Shown here piece by piece: positions 1 to 10,877 of a stretch of 64,000 nt of DNA. The stretch comes from Elusimicrobiota bacterium (lineage in GTDB: Bacteria > CG03 > SLGR01 > JAGXOG01). The DNA lies in contig JBNJDT010000002.1 in the NCBI GenBank assembly GCA_051745145.1, positions 1 to 64,000 of the forward strand. Direction: 5' to 3'. Made by a program: the position numbers and the translations under genes. Within the stretch, counting starts at the first letter, position 1, and the number at the start of each line of letters is the position of its first letter. The notes below the pieces were generated by a model. That model saw nothing but the letters and a program-made list of their open reading frames with translations, was not told the DNA's origin and did not search any database.

Positions 1-2190
1 CCCCATGCTCATGCTCTTATAAAAAATATAGATACTTCCAAAGCCGAAAATCTGGAAGGAGTGGAACTGGTAGTTACCCACAAAAACGCTCCGGATACGT
101 TGTACAATACCGCAGGCCAGGGATATCCCGAACCCTCTCCTTATGACAGGAGACTGATAGATAAAAAAGTTAGATTTGTCGGGGACCGGGTGGCCGTAGT
201 AGCCGCGGTTGATGAGAAAACTGCCCAAAAAGCTATGGATTTAATAGAAGTAGAATACAAAAAATTTGAACCTGTTTTTACCATGAAACAGGCCACTGCC
301 GAAAACGCCCCTCAGGTCCACACCGAAAATGACTGTACCAGCCAGTTTGATATCGGAACCGATCTTAAAAATAACATCGCCGCTTCTAATTCCGGCGGGA
401 TAGGAGATCTAAAACAGGGCTTAGGGGAAGCCGACGAAGTAGTTGAACGGGAATACGAATCCGCACGGGTTCAGTGCTCCCCGTTAGAACCCCATCTTGC
501 CTATACTGAAGTTATTAATGACCGGTTAATAGTACACACCCCCACACAGGTTCCTTTTCACGTACGCCGTCTTCTGTCAAGAATACTGGATGTAAATGAA
601 TCAAAGATAAGGGTTATAAAAGAAAAAATAGGCGGGGGATTCGGTTCCAAACAGGATATGGTATTAGAGGATATTCCGGCCTGGGTTTCCTGGATAACGG
701 GTAAACCGGCCTACTTAAGATATACCAGAGAAGAAGAATTTATAACCAGGCCCCGTTATAAGATGAAAATTAAAGTTAAAATGGGGGCAAAAAAAGACGG
801 CACCCTGACGGCAATAGATATGAATTTAAAAGCGGAAGCCGGAGCTTACGGTCCCCACTGTCTTACGGTTCCCATGAACGCCTGTTCAAAGTCCCTTCCA
901 ATTTTTAAGTGCGACAACTCCTTTTTTAATGTTCAGGTCTATTACACCAATAACGTTATTTCCGGGGCCTACCAGGGGTACGGCGCGCCCCAGGGCTCTT
1001 ACGCCCTCCAGCTGGCCGCAGCGGAGCTGGCCGATAAGCTGGGAATAGACCATGTAAAACTTTTAGAAAAAAACGGTGTAAAAAAAGGTGACCGGCTTGA
1101 AATTTTAAAACAGCTGGGAGAGGGGCAGGAAGGTATAGCCCAGGTGGTCTCCTCTTCGGGTATACACCAGGCTTTAAAAGAGGGAAAACAGATGATTAAC
1201 TGGAAAGAATCTCCCCGGTCTGATAATCCTAATATACTGACCGGAAAAGGTGTTTCCATTATTCAGCAGGGTTCCGGACTGCCGGGCATAGATGCGGGAA
1301 ATGCCACCGTAAAAATGCTTGGAGACGGAAATTTTATGGTTCTTTTCGGGGGGACGGATCTGGGTACGGGCCTGGATACGGTTGCAGCAAAAGTTGCCGC
1401 CGAAACTCTAAAAGTAGATTTAAACCAGGTAGCCGTAACCGCCGCTGATACGGACACCACACCTTTTGACGTGGGATCCTATGCTTCCAGCGGGACATAT
1501 TTTAGCGGTATGTCGGTATATAACGCCGCCAAAGATATGAAAAGACTTATTCTGGAGAAAGCCAGCGAAATGATGGAGGTTAATATTGATGAGCTCCGGC
1601 TGGAAAAACCCGGAAAAGTGGTCGGCGGCGGTAAAGAAAAATCATTTTTAGAAATAGCCCGCAAGACCCAAAGCGGCACGGGTTCCGGACAGCTCATATC
1701 CAAGGGCTCTTTTACAACCGACGAAGCCCCCATACCCTACGCCGCCCACTTCGTACAGGTATCCGTAAATAAAAATACCGGGGAAATAAATATAGACAAA
1801 TACTACGCTCTCCACGATTCGGGCACTCCCATAAACCCGAAACTGGCCAGAGGACAGATTTACGGCGGAGTTCTTAAGACAATAGGCCATTCAATTTATG
1901 AAGAACTTAAATTTGATGAAAACGGTAGATGTATCAATCCCAATTTCTTGGATTATAAAATCCCCATGATAAGCGAACTTCCCGACGATTTTAAAGCTAA
2001 ACTGGTCTATACCGACGACCATTTAGGACCTTACGGAGCCAAGTCCATAGGAGAAGTAGTTGCCAACGGTGCGGCGCCGGCCATTGCCGATGCCATACAC
2101 GATGCCACGGGAATATGGCTGAGAAGCTGGCCCTTCTCGCCGGAAAAAATCTTATCTCTTTTGCAAAAGAAAAAGAGTATAGGTGATTAA
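1..2190 (+). CDS. Xanthine dehydrogenase family molybdopterin-binding subunit (XdhD/YgfN-like), 5'-truncated by window edge
   Basis: Frame is open from base 1 (PHAHALIKNID...). Motifs GGGFGSKQ, AYQGYGAPQG, GSYASSGT, DYKIP and catalytic GAKSIGE. Confidence 0.9.
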   Translation, partial: PHAHALIKNIDTSKAENLEGVELVVTHKNAPDTLYNTAGQGYPEPSPYDRRLIDKKVRFVGDRVAVVAAVDEKTAQKAMDLIEVEYKKFEPVFTMKQATAENAPQVHTENDCTSQFDIGTDLKNNIAASNSGGIGDLKQGLGEADEVVEREYESARVQCSPLEPHLAYTEVINDRLIVHTPTQVPFHVRRLLSRILDVNESKIRVIKEKIGGGFGSKQDMVLEDIPAWVSWITGKPAYLRYTREEEFITRPRYKMKIKVKMGAKKDGTLTAIDMNLKAEAGAYGPHCLTVPMNACSKSLPIFKCDNSFFNVQVYYTNNVISGAYQGYGAPQGSYALQLAAAELADKLGIDHVKLLEKNGVKKGDRLEILKQLGEGQEGIAQVVSSSGIHQALKEGKQMINWKESPRSDNPNILTGKGVSIIQQGSGLPGIDAGNATVKMLGDGNFMVLFGGTDLGTGLDTVAAKVAAETLKVDLNQVAVTAADTDTTPFDVGSYASSGTYFSGMSVYNAAKDMKRLILEKASEMMEVNIDELRLEKPGKVVGGGKEKSFLEIARKTQSGTGSGQLISKGSFTTDEAPIPYAAHFVQVSVNKNTGEINIDKYYALHDSGTPINPKLARGQIYGGVLKTIGHSIYEELKFDENGRCINPNFLDYKIPMISELPDDFKAKLVYTDDHLGPYGAKSIGEVVANGAAPAIADAIHDATGIWLRSWPFSPEKILSLLQKKKSIGD

Positions 2191-2956
2191 AAAACGCTCC
2201 CAGGATCTTCTCTGCGAGGCTTTAAAACTTCATCCCCATAAAGATGTAATTTCTATAGTGGGGGGCGGCGGAAAAACCTCAACCCTTTTACGGCTGGCTA
2301 AAGAACTTCAATTACAGAATAAAAAAATAATACTTACTACTACCACCCATATTGAACGATTACAATTTGATATGCTCAGGTACTCTAAAAATTTAAATTT
2401 AAAATTGATCGAAAATATTGAGGCCAGGATTACCCAGGAACCCTTACTGATAGTAAAAAGAAAGGTCCGGGGGAATAAATTAAAGGGGATTAAACCAAAA
2501 AAAGTTGACCGGCTTAACAGAGATGTGAATTTTGACTACATGTTAGTAGAAGCTGACGGAGCGAAAAACCGGTCCCTAAAAGCTCCACACACCCACGAAC
2601 CGCCTGTTCCCCACTGCACCACTTTTTTTATCGTAGTTGTGGGGTTTGACATCATAGGTAAAAAACTAAACAAAAAAAATGTACACCGGCCCCAGAATGT
2701 AGCTCGAATTACCGAAAAATCAATCGGCGATACTATAAAGCCGGAAGATATAGTAGCCCTGCTAAATAAACCTAAAGGCCTGCTAAAAAATAGGCCGCCG
2801 GCTACCAGAACTGCAGTTATTTTAAATAAGGTTTTACCGGAAAGACAAGAAGAAGCAAACAAACTGGCTGATTCTATACTAAAATACGGGAAAGGTATAA
2901 ACTCGGTTATCTGCGGACAATTAAATCAAGCCCAGCAACTTCTACTTTTTACTTAA
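2183..2956 (+). CDS. yqeC: Selenium-dependent molybdenum hydroxylase accessory protein YqeC
   Basis: ISIVGGGGKTS, TTTTHI, LVEADGAKNRSLKAPHTHEPPVP, VHRP; overlaps the Mo-hydroxylase stop. Confidence 0.88.
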   Translation: MIKKRSQDLLCEALKLHPHKDVISIVGGGGKTSTLLRLAKELQLQNKKIILTTTTHIERLQFDMLRYSKNLNLKLIENIEARITQEPLLIVKRKVRGNKLKGIKPKKVDRLNRDVNFDYMLVEADGAKNRSLKAPHTHEPPVPHCTTFFIVVVGFDIIGKKLNKKNVHRPQNVARITEKSIGDTIKPEDIVALLNKPKGLLKNRPPATRTAVILNKVLPERQEEANKLADSILKYGKGINSVICGQLNQAQQLLLFT

Positions 2957-2959
2957 CCC

Positions 2960-3523
2960 TTAAAGAGAATAGACTCTCTCCATAACTTTTCCGGCAAAAT
3001 TTCTGTACTCTTTTGTATCTACTTTTCCAGCCGGAGGCCGGGGAAATTGAAGCTTTTGGCCTATCTTAACTTTGAGGGGGGCCAGTTCATTTACCCGGGC
3101 ATTATTTATTACTCTTACGGGAAGTACGGGAACCGACGTTTTATGAGCCAGCATGGAAACGCCCGGACGGGCCCTCCGGGACTTTCTCGTTCCCTCCGGG
3201 AATATAAGAAGTATCTTTCCGGTATTTAACAATTTTAAAGCCCGTTTGATGGTTTCCGGACCCGGGCGGCCCCGGTTTACCGGGAAGGCATGAGTCATTC
3301 TTATCAGTTTCCCGAATACGGGAATTTCAAATAACTCTTTCTTGGCCATAAAGTATACTCCCCTCGAAAAAACAGCCCCCATGAGCGGGGGATCAATTAA
3401 AGAACTGTGGTTGGAGGCTATTATAAAACCTCCGGGAGGAATGTTATCTTTCCCGGTTATTTTTAGCCGGAAAAAAACCTTAAATAATATAACTGCTAAA
3501 GTTCTAGCTATCCAGTAGAGCAA
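2960..3523 (-). CDS. plsC: 1-acyl-sn-glycerol-3-phosphate acyltransferase
   Basis: NHSSLIDPP (HxxxxD), FMAKKELF, FPEGTR; follows cmk. Confidence 0.92.
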   Translation of the reverse strand: MLYWIARTLAVILFKVFFRLKITGKDNIPPGGFIIASNHSSLIDPPLMGAVFSRGVYFMAKKELFEIPVFGKLIRMTHAFPVNRGRPGPETIKRALKLLNTGKILLIFPEGTRKSRRARPGVSMLAHKTSVPVLPVRVINNARVNELAPLKVKIGQKLQFPRPPAGKVDTKEYRNFAGKVMERVYSL

Positions 3524-4184
3524 TTATCTTGTCCACTACCTCATTAAGTGACATCTTAGTAGAATCTATGATTACCGCGTTTTCAGGTACCCTGAGGGGA
3601 GCCAGTCCTCTGGATTCATCCCGTTTATCCCTTTTCTTAATTTTTTTCTTCAGAGCCTCCATACTAACGTCAATTCCGTTATCTTTTAATTCTTCCCAAC
3701 GGCGGCGGGCCCTTTCGTCAATACTGGCATCAAGATAAATTTTTAGGGTGGCATCCGGAAAAACTATACTCCCCATATCCCTTCCCTCAAATATTACCTT
3801 ATTAAATTTATCGGCGGTTTCCCTCTGTATTTTCGCCAGTTTATATCTAACACCGGGAATTGCGGCCACCAGTGAAGTATTGTCGGTAACTTCTTCACTT
3901 CTTATCTTTTCTGTCACATCTTTCCCGTCCAGAAAAATAGACATCTCCCCATCGATAAAATCTATACCGATATCTGTTTCCTGGGCCAGCTGCTCTATTT
4001 TCACGGTTTCTGCAAAAGGTACACTTTCTCGCAATACCTTTAAAGTCATAGCCCGGTACATAGCCCCGGTATCAACATAATTATAATTAATTCTTTCTGC
4101 TACCATCTCTGCTATTGTGGTCTTCCCCGCCCCGGCAGGACCGTCAATAGTTATTATTGAATTATTGGAATTATTATTGTTCAC
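3504..4184 (-). CDS. cmk: Cytidylate kinase
   Basis: IDGPAGAGKTT, DTGAMYR, EGRDMG, RDKRD. Confidence 0.96.
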   Translation of the reverse strand: MNNNNSNNSIITIDGPAGAGKTTIAEMVAERINYNYVDTGAMYRAMTLKVLRESVPFAETVKIEQLAQETDIGIDFIDGEMSIFLDGKDVTEKIRSEEVTDNTSLVAAIPGVRYKLAKIQRETADKFNKVIFEGRDMGSIVFPDATLKIYLDASIDERARRRWEELKDNGIDVSMEALKKKIKKRDKRDESRGLAPLRVPENAVIIDSTKMSLNEVVDKIIALLDS

Positions 4185-5499
4185 TAATTTCCTCCATTAA
4201 ATTAAAAAATTCGGGAAAAGAAGTTTTTATACAGTTTACATCATCGATTTTTACTTTCCCGGATCCTATCAAACCGGCTACCGCCAGCATCATTGCTATA
4301 CGATGATCTTTAAAACTCTGTACCTGTTCACCTTTTATCGGACTTTTTTTGCCCTCGACTATAAGAGAATCTCGCTGTTCTATAACAGCCTGTCCGAGTT
4401 TATTTAATTGAGTAGTTATTGCGTGTAGCCTGTCGGTCTCTTTTTTTCTAAGTTCCGAAAGCCCATCCATTATAGTCTTACCTTTTGCACGGGTGGCCAG
4501 TAAAGCTATTAAAGGAATCTCATCTATAACCGACGGCACATCTTCGGGCCCCAATTTTATCCCCTCAAGTTCTCCATACTTTATTAAAATATTCCCCACC
4601 AATTCATTACAGACTGTTTTTTTATCTTCGATTTCTATATCAGCTCCCATTTTTTCCAAAATATTTAAAAATCCGGTCCGGGTGGGATTGAGATTCACAT
4701 TATCTATCTTAAGTTCGCTGTCGGGGACCAGTAAAGCGGCAGTTATAAAAAAAGCTGCCGATGAAAAATCTCCGGGTATTGAAACCGGTTTTCCCTCCCA
4801 GGTATTACCGCCTTCTAATTCTACGGTATTTCCGTCTACTTTTAGGGGAACATCAAAATATTTCATTAACCTTTCGGTGTGATCCCGGGATTTAAAAGGT
4901 TCAGTTACCCGGGTATTGTCCCCGGCATACAGCCCGGCCAGAAGAATAGAGGATTTTACCTGGGCGCTGGAGACCGGTGAAGTATATTCTATTCCTTTAA
5001 TACTGTCACACGGTTCTATTCTAAGCGGCGGTTTATTCCCGTTGCGCGCCGAAATATGAGCTCCCATCCGGGTTAAAGGTACTGTAATACGTCTCATGGG
5101 CCTTTCCATTAAAGATTGATCGCCCTTTAAGACAGTAGAAAAATCCTGAGCACTAAGAATTCCCGCAGTTAACCTCATACCTGTGGCCGAATTTCCAAAA
5201 TACAGTTTTTTTCCCCTGGGCCTTTTAAGTCCATGCGGTCCCTCACCCTGAACTACAAGGGTACCGTCCTTTTTTTGGGTTATATCCACTCCCAGTTTCT
5301 TAAAGACTTTTAAAGTATTTATACAATCCTGGGCATACAGAAAATTCTTTATGACTGATTTACCCCGGGCCAAAGATGTAAAAATAATGGACCGGTGAGA
5401 CAGTGATTTATCCGCACTCACCTCTATATTTCCCCGGATCCGCTTTACCGGTTCAATCTCCCGGTATTTGTTTTTATTAAAACCAAAAATGCCCAACAT
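4174..5499 (-). CDS. aroA: 3-phosphoshikimate 1-carboxyvinyltransferase (EPSP synthase)
   Basis: DKSLSHR, GNSATGMR, SSAQVKS, RDHTE, ELRKKETDR, DHRIAM. Confidence 0.96.
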   Translation of the reverse strand: MLGIFGFNKNKYREIEPVKRIRGNIEVSADKSLSHRSIIFTSLARGKSVIKNFLYAQDCINTLKVFKKLGVDITQKKDGTLVVQGEGPHGLKRPRGKKLYFGNSATGMRLTAGILSAQDFSTVLKGDQSLMERPMRRITVPLTRMGAHISARNGNKPPLRIEPCDSIKGIEYTSPVSSAQVKSSILLAGLYAGDNTRVTEPFKSRDHTERLMKYFDVPLKVDGNTVELEGGNTWEGKPVSIPGDFSSAAFFITAALLVPDSELKIDNVNLNPTRTGFLNILEKMGADIEIEDKKTVCNELVGNILIKYGELEGIKLGPEDVPSVIDEIPLIALLATRAKGKTIMDGLSELRKKETDRLHAITTQLNKLGQAVIEQRDSLIVEGKKSPIKGEQVQSFKDHRIAMMLAVAGLIGSGKVKIDDVNCIKTSFPEFFNLMEEISEQ

Positions 5500-6356
5500 T
5501 ATAGCTCCTCTCTCTTTAAACGTGCTTTTTTCAATATTTTTTTCAACTCTTTTGAATTTCCCCCGCTAAGTATTTTTTCAAATTTTTCCAAACTCTTTTT
5601 TAACTCCCTAACTGTTTTTAATACAGAACTCTTATTTTCCCGGTAAATCTGACTCCACAGTTCTTCGGAAGCCGCCCCGAACCGGGTAATATTTCTAAAA
5701 CTGGGGCCTGAAATTTGTCCTATTTTTTCCCCGTCTTTAATGTTTATATAAGTGCTATTTATTAAAGAAGTTGCCATTATGTGGGGCAGATGACTGACAA
5801 AGGCCACCATTAAATCATGTTCCTCGGGTTCTGTAAATATGACATTGCCTCCCAGATTTTTCCAAAAATCCGCTACCTGAGAAACTTTTTTTTCTGTATT
5901 ATATCCCGTCTGCGTTACAATACACGGTGCATCTTTAAACATATTTTTGTAAGTATTTTTTACACCTGTCTTCTCAGAACCGGCCATGGGGTGGCAACCA
6001 ACAAATTCAACAGGCAAATTTTTTAAACTTTTTTCGGCCTCTTTCACTATAGTCTGCTTAACACTTCCCACATCTATTATCAGCGCCTCTTTTTTTAAAT
6101 AAGATTTTATCTGGGTTAACTGCTTTTTTATAACTTTAGGAGGGGTTGCCAGAACAATAAAATCGCTGTCCGTAACCGCCTGTTTTAAATCCGTAGTTAC
6201 CTCATCGCAGGCTCCTCGGTGAATAGCCAGGTCCAGATGATCCTTGTTTCGACCCCATCCCCAGACTTCTTCCGCCAGATTTTTATCTTTTACTTCCAGT
6301 CCTATAGCCCCCCCGATGAGACCTACTCCCACTATAGTAAATTTCTTATATTTCAT
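5499..6356 (-). CDS. tyrA: Prephenate/arogenate dehydrogenase
   Basis: [31 protein letters not shown]. Confidence 0.93.
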   Translation of the reverse strand: MKYKKFTIVGVGLIGGAIGLEVKDKNLAEEVWGWGRNKDHLDLAIHRGACDEVTTDLKQAVTDSDFIVLATPPKVIKKQLTQIKSYLKKEALIIDVGSVKQTIVKEAEKSLKNLPVEFVGCHPMAGSEKTGVKNTYKNMFKDAPCIVTQTGYNTEKKVSQVADFWKNLGGNVIFTEPEEHDLMVAFVSHLPHIMATSLINSTYINIKDGEKIGQISGPSFRNITRFGAASEELWSQIYRENKSSVLKTVRELKKSLEKFEKILSGGNSKELKKILKKARLKREEL

Positions 6357-7363
6357 ATACTCCGATCTGAAATTTCAGCTATCTTTCTCAAATCTTTAAC
6401 CAGATCTTCAAACTGGTTTAAAAATAGAGTCTGGGCACCGTCGGATGCTGCTGTCTGAGGGGTCTCGTGAGTTTCGATTATAAGACCGTCAGCTCCTGCG
6501 CCTATAGCCGCTTTAGCCAGCGGGGGAACCAATTCCCGCTTTCCGGCCGGATGGGACGGATCGATAACCACCGGCAGATGGGTCCGTTCTTTAAGCACGG
6601 GTACTGCAGCAATATCCAGCGTAAACCGGGTATGATCTGAAAATGTTCTTATACCCCTCTCGCAGAGTATTATATTTTCATTACCTTCAGAAGCTATATA
6701 CTCAGCACTCATCAAAAACTCTTTTATTGTATTGGAAAAACCTCTTTTTAGGAGTATGGGTTTATCTATTTTACCACATGCTTTCAAAAGTTCAAAATTC
6801 TGCATATTTCTGGCCCCGAGCTGAATAATATCGGCATATTCTTCAACCATATCTACCTGCTCTATATTCATGGCTTCGGTAACTACTTTAAGCCCGGTTT
6901 TTTCGGCGACGTTCCTAAGAATCTTCAAGCCTTCCAGTCCCAGGCCCTGAAAGGAGTACGGGGAAGTCCGGGGTTTAAATGCCCCTCCCCGGAGCATAGT
7001 GGCGCCAGATTTTTTTATCGACCGGGCTATATTTAATGTGCTTTCTTCATCCTCTACAGAACAGGGGCCGGCCATTAGCACTATATTCTTGCCTCCTATT
7101 TTCACTCCGTCCACATCTATAACACTTTTTTTCTTCCAGTGCTTGGAAACAAGTTTATAGGGTTCGGAAATAGGGGTAATATCCGTTACCGCCTTAAAAG
7201 CTTCAAACCGCTCCCGGGATACTATTGCCTGCTCTCCTTTTACAAGAACAATGGTCTTTTCTTCCCCCCGGGAAACTTCCGGTGAAAAATTCAACTCTCT
7301 TGCTTTCTCTTTAATCTGTTCTATTTCCTCTTCACTGACGTCTTCTCTTAATGTAAGTATCAT
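6353..7363 (-). CDS. aroF: DAHP synthase type I-beta with N-terminal regulatory domain
   Basis: [47 protein letters not shown]. Confidence 0.95.
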   Translation of the reverse strand: MILTLREDVSEEEIEQIKEKARELNFSPEVSRGEEKTIVLVKGEQAIVSRERFEAFKAVTDITPISEPYKLVSKHWKKKSVIDVDGVKIGGKNIVLMAGPCSVEDEESTLNIARSIKKSGATMLRGGAFKPRTSPYSFQGLGLEGLKILRNVAEKTGLKVVTEAMNIEQVDMVEEYADIIQLGARNMQNFELLKACGKIDKPILLKRGFSNTIKEFLMSAEYIASEGNENIILCERGIRTFSDHTRFTLDIAAVPVLKERTHLPVVIDPSHPAGKRELVPPLAKAAIGAGADGLIIETHETPQTAASDGAQTLFLNQFEDLVKDLRKIAEISDRSI

Positions 7364-7389
7364 ATTTTAATTTCTCCTTTCTAAAAATT

Positions 7390-8496
7390 TTAAATATACT
7401 TTTTCAGTTCTTCTATTAAAACTTTATTAAATTTTCTTTTACCTATGGTAACCCTAATATATCCTTCCAACTTATAACCCCCGAGAGGTCTTAAAATTAT
7501 ACCTTTTTTTAAAGCTTCCTGGCAAATTTTCCTATCCGTTTTTTGCCCTACTTTTATAAGGACAAAATTGGTTTGCGACGGAATATATTCTACCCCCAGT
7601 TCATCCAATTCATTATACATAAACTCTTTTTCTTCCCTGGTCCGCTTTACAGTTTTGTTCACAAAACTATCGTCTTCGATAGCCCCAAGAGCACCGACCT
7701 GAGCAAGTCGGTTGGTGTTAAAAGGCGGCCTTATCCGGTTTATCAAATCGATTATCCTAACATCGGATATCCCGTAACCGATTCTTAAGCCGGCCAGGCC
7801 ATACACTTTTGAAAATGTTCTTAATACTATCAGGGGACATTTACCATCTAAAAAATTTAACCCGGTTTCATAGTGTTTATCATCTACATATTCATAATAC
7901 GCTTCATCTAAAACAACTAACGGCGGATTATTTTGTCGGCCGATTTTCTCTAAAAAATATTCTAACTCATCTTTTTTAAGTATTGTACCTGTGGGATTAC
8001 AGGGATTATCTATAAAAACCAGTTTTGTGTTTGAATCTATTGCTTTATAAAGTCCCCGGATATCTATATGAAAATTTTTCTGTTTTATTCTTTTAATTTC
8101 CGTATCCATAAGTTTAGCGGCCATTTTATATCTGGCAAATGAATTTTCAGAAATAACTATATTGTCTTTATCTTCAGCGGATAAAAAAGTTTTAGCTAAA
8201 AGTTCTATTAATTCATCAGTTCCGTTACCGGTAATAACAGAATCGGGGGAAACTTCAGCTTTTTGAGCTATTTTTTCATTTAAACTGGTATTTACCGACC
8301 GGGGATATAAATTAACTTTATCCACTTCTTTTTTTACAGCCTCTACAGCTTTAGGAGAAACTCCCCAGGCATTTTCATTCGAGGCCAGTTTTACAACATT
8401 TTCAATATCCTGTTCTTCTTTTACTTCTTCTATACTTTTACCGGGTATATACGGCGAAAAATTTTTAACATTTTTTCGGGGCTCGGGGATTTTCAC
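7390..8496 (-). CDS. hisC: Histidinol-phosphate/aromatic aminotransferase
   Basis: KLASNEN, NPCNPTG, DEAYYEY, RTFSKVYGLAGLRIGY; GTG start with GGAGG SD. Confidence 0.94.
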   Translation of the reverse strand: MKIPEPRKNVKNFSPYIPGKSIEEVKEEQDIENVVKLASNENAWGVSPKAVEAVKKEVDKVNLYPRSVNTSLNEKIAQKAEVSPDSVITGNGTDELIELLAKTFLSAEDKDNIVISENSFARYKMAAKLMDTEIKRIKQKNFHIDIRGLYKAIDSNTKLVFIDNPCNPTGTILKKDELEYFLEKIGRQNNPPLVVLDEAYYEYVDDKHYETGLNFLDGKCPLIVLRTFSKVYGLAGLRIGYGISDVRIIDLINRIRPPFNTNRLAQVGALGAIEDDSFVNKTVKRTREEKEFMYNELDELGVEYIPSQTNFVLIKVGQKTDRKICQEALKKGIILRPLGGYKLEGYIRVTIGKRKFNKVLIEELKKYI

Positions 8497-9575
8497 AGGG
8501 TACCTCCAAAAGTATTACTGGCTGCCGGATAGGAGCCCAGCACTTTAATATAAACACAATCTTTCTCAAGTTCCTTTAACGCCTTTTTAACCTGAGGGTT
8601 TTCGATATGTCCTTCAAAATCCACAAAAAATATATATTCCCAGGCCTTATTCTTAGAGGGACGGGACTCAATCTTAGTCAGGTTGATGGAATGAGTTTTA
8701 AAAGGTATTAACATATCGTGCAGAGCACCTACTTTGTCTTTTACAGAAAACATAATAGTAGTTTTATCGTCTCCGGACGGAACCGGTATATCTTTTCCTA
8801 TTACATAAAACCTGGTTATATTTTCCCGTATATCCTCAATACTTTCAGATATAATATTTAAACCGTAAAGACTGGCCGCCATTACCGAAGCTATAGCCGC
8901 GGAATTATCCTCTCTGGACGCCCGTTCGGCGGCCGCGGCAGTTGATGTCTCCTGAACAATCCGGGCTGACGGAATATTTTCTTCCAGCCATTTCCGGCAC
9001 TGGGCAAAAGCCTGGGGATGGGAATATATTTTTTCAATTGAATCAAGAGATTTTTCTCTGGACAAAAGATTTTGAGATATCTCCATCAATAACTCATCCG
9101 TAATTTTACAGTTTGAATCTATAAACATATCCAGGGTATGGGATACTATTCCTTCAGTAGTATTCTCAACGGGAACTACCCCGTAATCAGCGCGCCCTTT
9201 TTCCACTTCATTAAAAACCAGTTCTATTCCGGAAACCGGTTTATATTTACAGTGCTCTGAAAACTGCCTGGTTGCAGCCAGGTGGGTAAACGTGGCCCGG
9301 GGTCCTAAAAAGCTAATTGTAAGCTCCTTCTGCATGGCCCGGGAGGCGGCAAATATCTCGTTAAAAATATTAATTTTAGCTTTTAACGGAAACCCATCTT
9401 CAGGACTGTATTTCTTAATTCTCTCTTTTATCTCTTTTTCTCTTGCCGGTGAATATACAGGCTTATCGTTTTTAAGTTTCTTCTCTTTAATTTCTGTTAT
9501 ATATTTAACCCGTTCATCTAAAAGCTCTATTATCTTATTATCTATCTCATCTATTTTATTGCGCAATTTCTTCAT
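8493..9575 (-). CDS. pheA: Chorismate mutase/prephenate dehydratase (P-protein)
   Basis: LRNKIDEID, PVENTTEG, SHPQAFAQC, NITRF, IESRP. Start moved to ATG 9575, which has a GAGGAG SD. Confidence 0.94.
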   Translation of the reverse strand: MKKLRNKIDEIDNKIIELLDERVKYITEIKEKKLKNDKPVYSPAREKEIKERIKKYSPEDGFPLKAKINIFNEIFAASRAMQKELTISFLGPRATFTHLAATRQFSEHCKYKPVSGIELVFNEVEKGRADYGVVPVENTTEGIVSHTLDMFIDSNCKITDELLMEISQNLLSREKSLDSIEKIYSHPQAFAQCRKWLEENIPSARIVQETSTAAAAERASREDNSAAIASVMAASLYGLNIISESIEDIRENITRFYVIGKDIPVPSGDDKTTIMFSVKDKVGALHDMLIPFKTHSINLTKIESRPSKNKAWEYIFFVDFEGHIENPQVKKALKELEKDCVYIKVLGSYPAASNTFGGTL

Positions 9576-10137
9576 TGATAATCTCCTCAATATTCTCATC
9601 TATTCCCATCTCCTCTAAAGGAGGAAGATCAGATAAAGATTCCAGACCGAAATATTCTAAAAACTTCTGAGTGGTTTTATATATAATAGGACGTCCTATA
9701 GATTCTTTACGTCCGGAAATTTTTATCAACTTTTTTTCCAGCAAACCTCTCAAAACCGCCCCGCAGGAAACCCCTCTTATTGCTTCCACTTCTTTGGTAG
9801 TAACAGGCTGACGGTAGGCTACAATAGCCAGACTTTCTAAAGCAGCTTTACTTAAATTATAAGTGGTCTCTTTGGAATAAAGTTTTTTTACCCAGCCGCC
9901 GTATTTCTCCCGGGTGGCCATTCTCCAGCCACCGGCAATCTTTTGAATAAATATCGGTTTACCCTCAACATCATATTCCTTCGCTAATTCCTTGAGGGTA
10001 TCTTTTATCTCTTTTTTGGGATTATCAAGGTCTTTTGAAGATTCTTCAAAAACTTTTTCTATTTCCTTTACGGTTACCGGTTTAGAAGATACAAACAATA
10101 GGCATTCTATAATATTTTTTAACTCTCTGCCCTCCAC
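9556..10137 (-). CDS. scpB: SMC-Scp complex subunit ScpB
   Basis: LSKAALESLAIVAYRQPVT, IRGV, GRPIIYKTT.KFLEYFGL. Confidence 0.95.
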   Translation of the reverse strand: MEGRELKNIIECLLFVSSKPVTVKEIEKVFEESSKDLDNPKKEIKDTLKELAKEYDVEGKPIFIQKIAGGWRMATREKYGGWVKKLYSKETTYNLSKAALESLAIVAYRQPVTTKEVEAIRGVSCGAVLRGLLEKKLIKISGRKESIGRPIIYKTTQKFLEYFGLESLSDLPPLEEMGIDENIEEIINEEIAQ

Positions 10138-10877
10138 TAATTGTACTCCTCAACATATATATCTGTAAATTTGCTTTTCTGCTGTATTGATATCTGATGC
10201 GTTCGCACCAGCTCCAGTATAGCTAATAAAGTTACTATCAATTCCATCTTCGAGCTATTCGGCTCTACTATTTCACTCAGCGTAAAGCTGGCTTTTTTTT
10301 CAACCTTATCCATTATGAATCTTATCTTTTCATCTACGGTAAACTCTTCGGTTATAATATCTTTTACTTCATCAGAGGCATTTTCTATCAACTCCCGGAA
10401 AACATCAATTAAATCAAATAAAGTGGCATCCACCGTACGCCCGAATTCTTTTAAAGGATACTGGTTTAAAGATATTATATTTTCATTGTGTTTTTCCCGG
10501 TCTTCAAAAAATTCTATGGATTCTTTAAATTTTTTATATTCAACCAGTCTTTCTACCAGCCGGCGTTTCATTTCCCGGGGATCTTCCTCTTCATCACTCT
10601 CCTGGGGTTGAGGTAAGAGGGTTTTGGCCTTTATCCTCATCAATATAGAGGCCATTACCATAAAATCCCCCACGTTATTGAGATTTAAATCAAATTTTTT
10701 AATTTTATCCACATACTTTAAATACTCAGTTGTTATCCGGGCTATGGGGATATCGTAAATATCTAAATTGTGTTTTCGTATAAGATGTAAAAGTAAATCC
10801 AGAGGTCCTTCAAAAGACTCTATATCCACTCGCCATTCTTTATCCTTTTTATCCAGATAGGTAGCCGTCTCAGCCAT
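10137..10877 (-). CDS. scpA: Segregation and condensation protein ScpA
   Basis: FEGPLDLLLHLI, DIPIARITTEYL, LLAILEL. Confidence 0.95.
   Translation of the reverse strand: MAETATYLDKKDKEWRVDIESFEGPLDLLLHLIRKHNLDIYDIPIARITTEYLKYVDKIKKFDLNLNNVGDFMVMASILMRIKAKTLLPQPQESDEEEDPREMKRRLVERLVEYKKFKESIEFFEDREKHNENIISLNQYPLKEFGRTVDATLFDLIDVFRELIENASDEVKDIITEEFTVDEKIRFIMDKVEKKASFTLSEIVEPNSSKMELIVTLLAILELVRTHQISIQQKSKFTDIYVEEYN

Noticed and set aside
1..2956. Selenocysteine recoding in the Mo-hydroxylase/yqeC region
   Set aside because: No in-frame TGA interrupting homology and no SECIS-like hairpin recognised.
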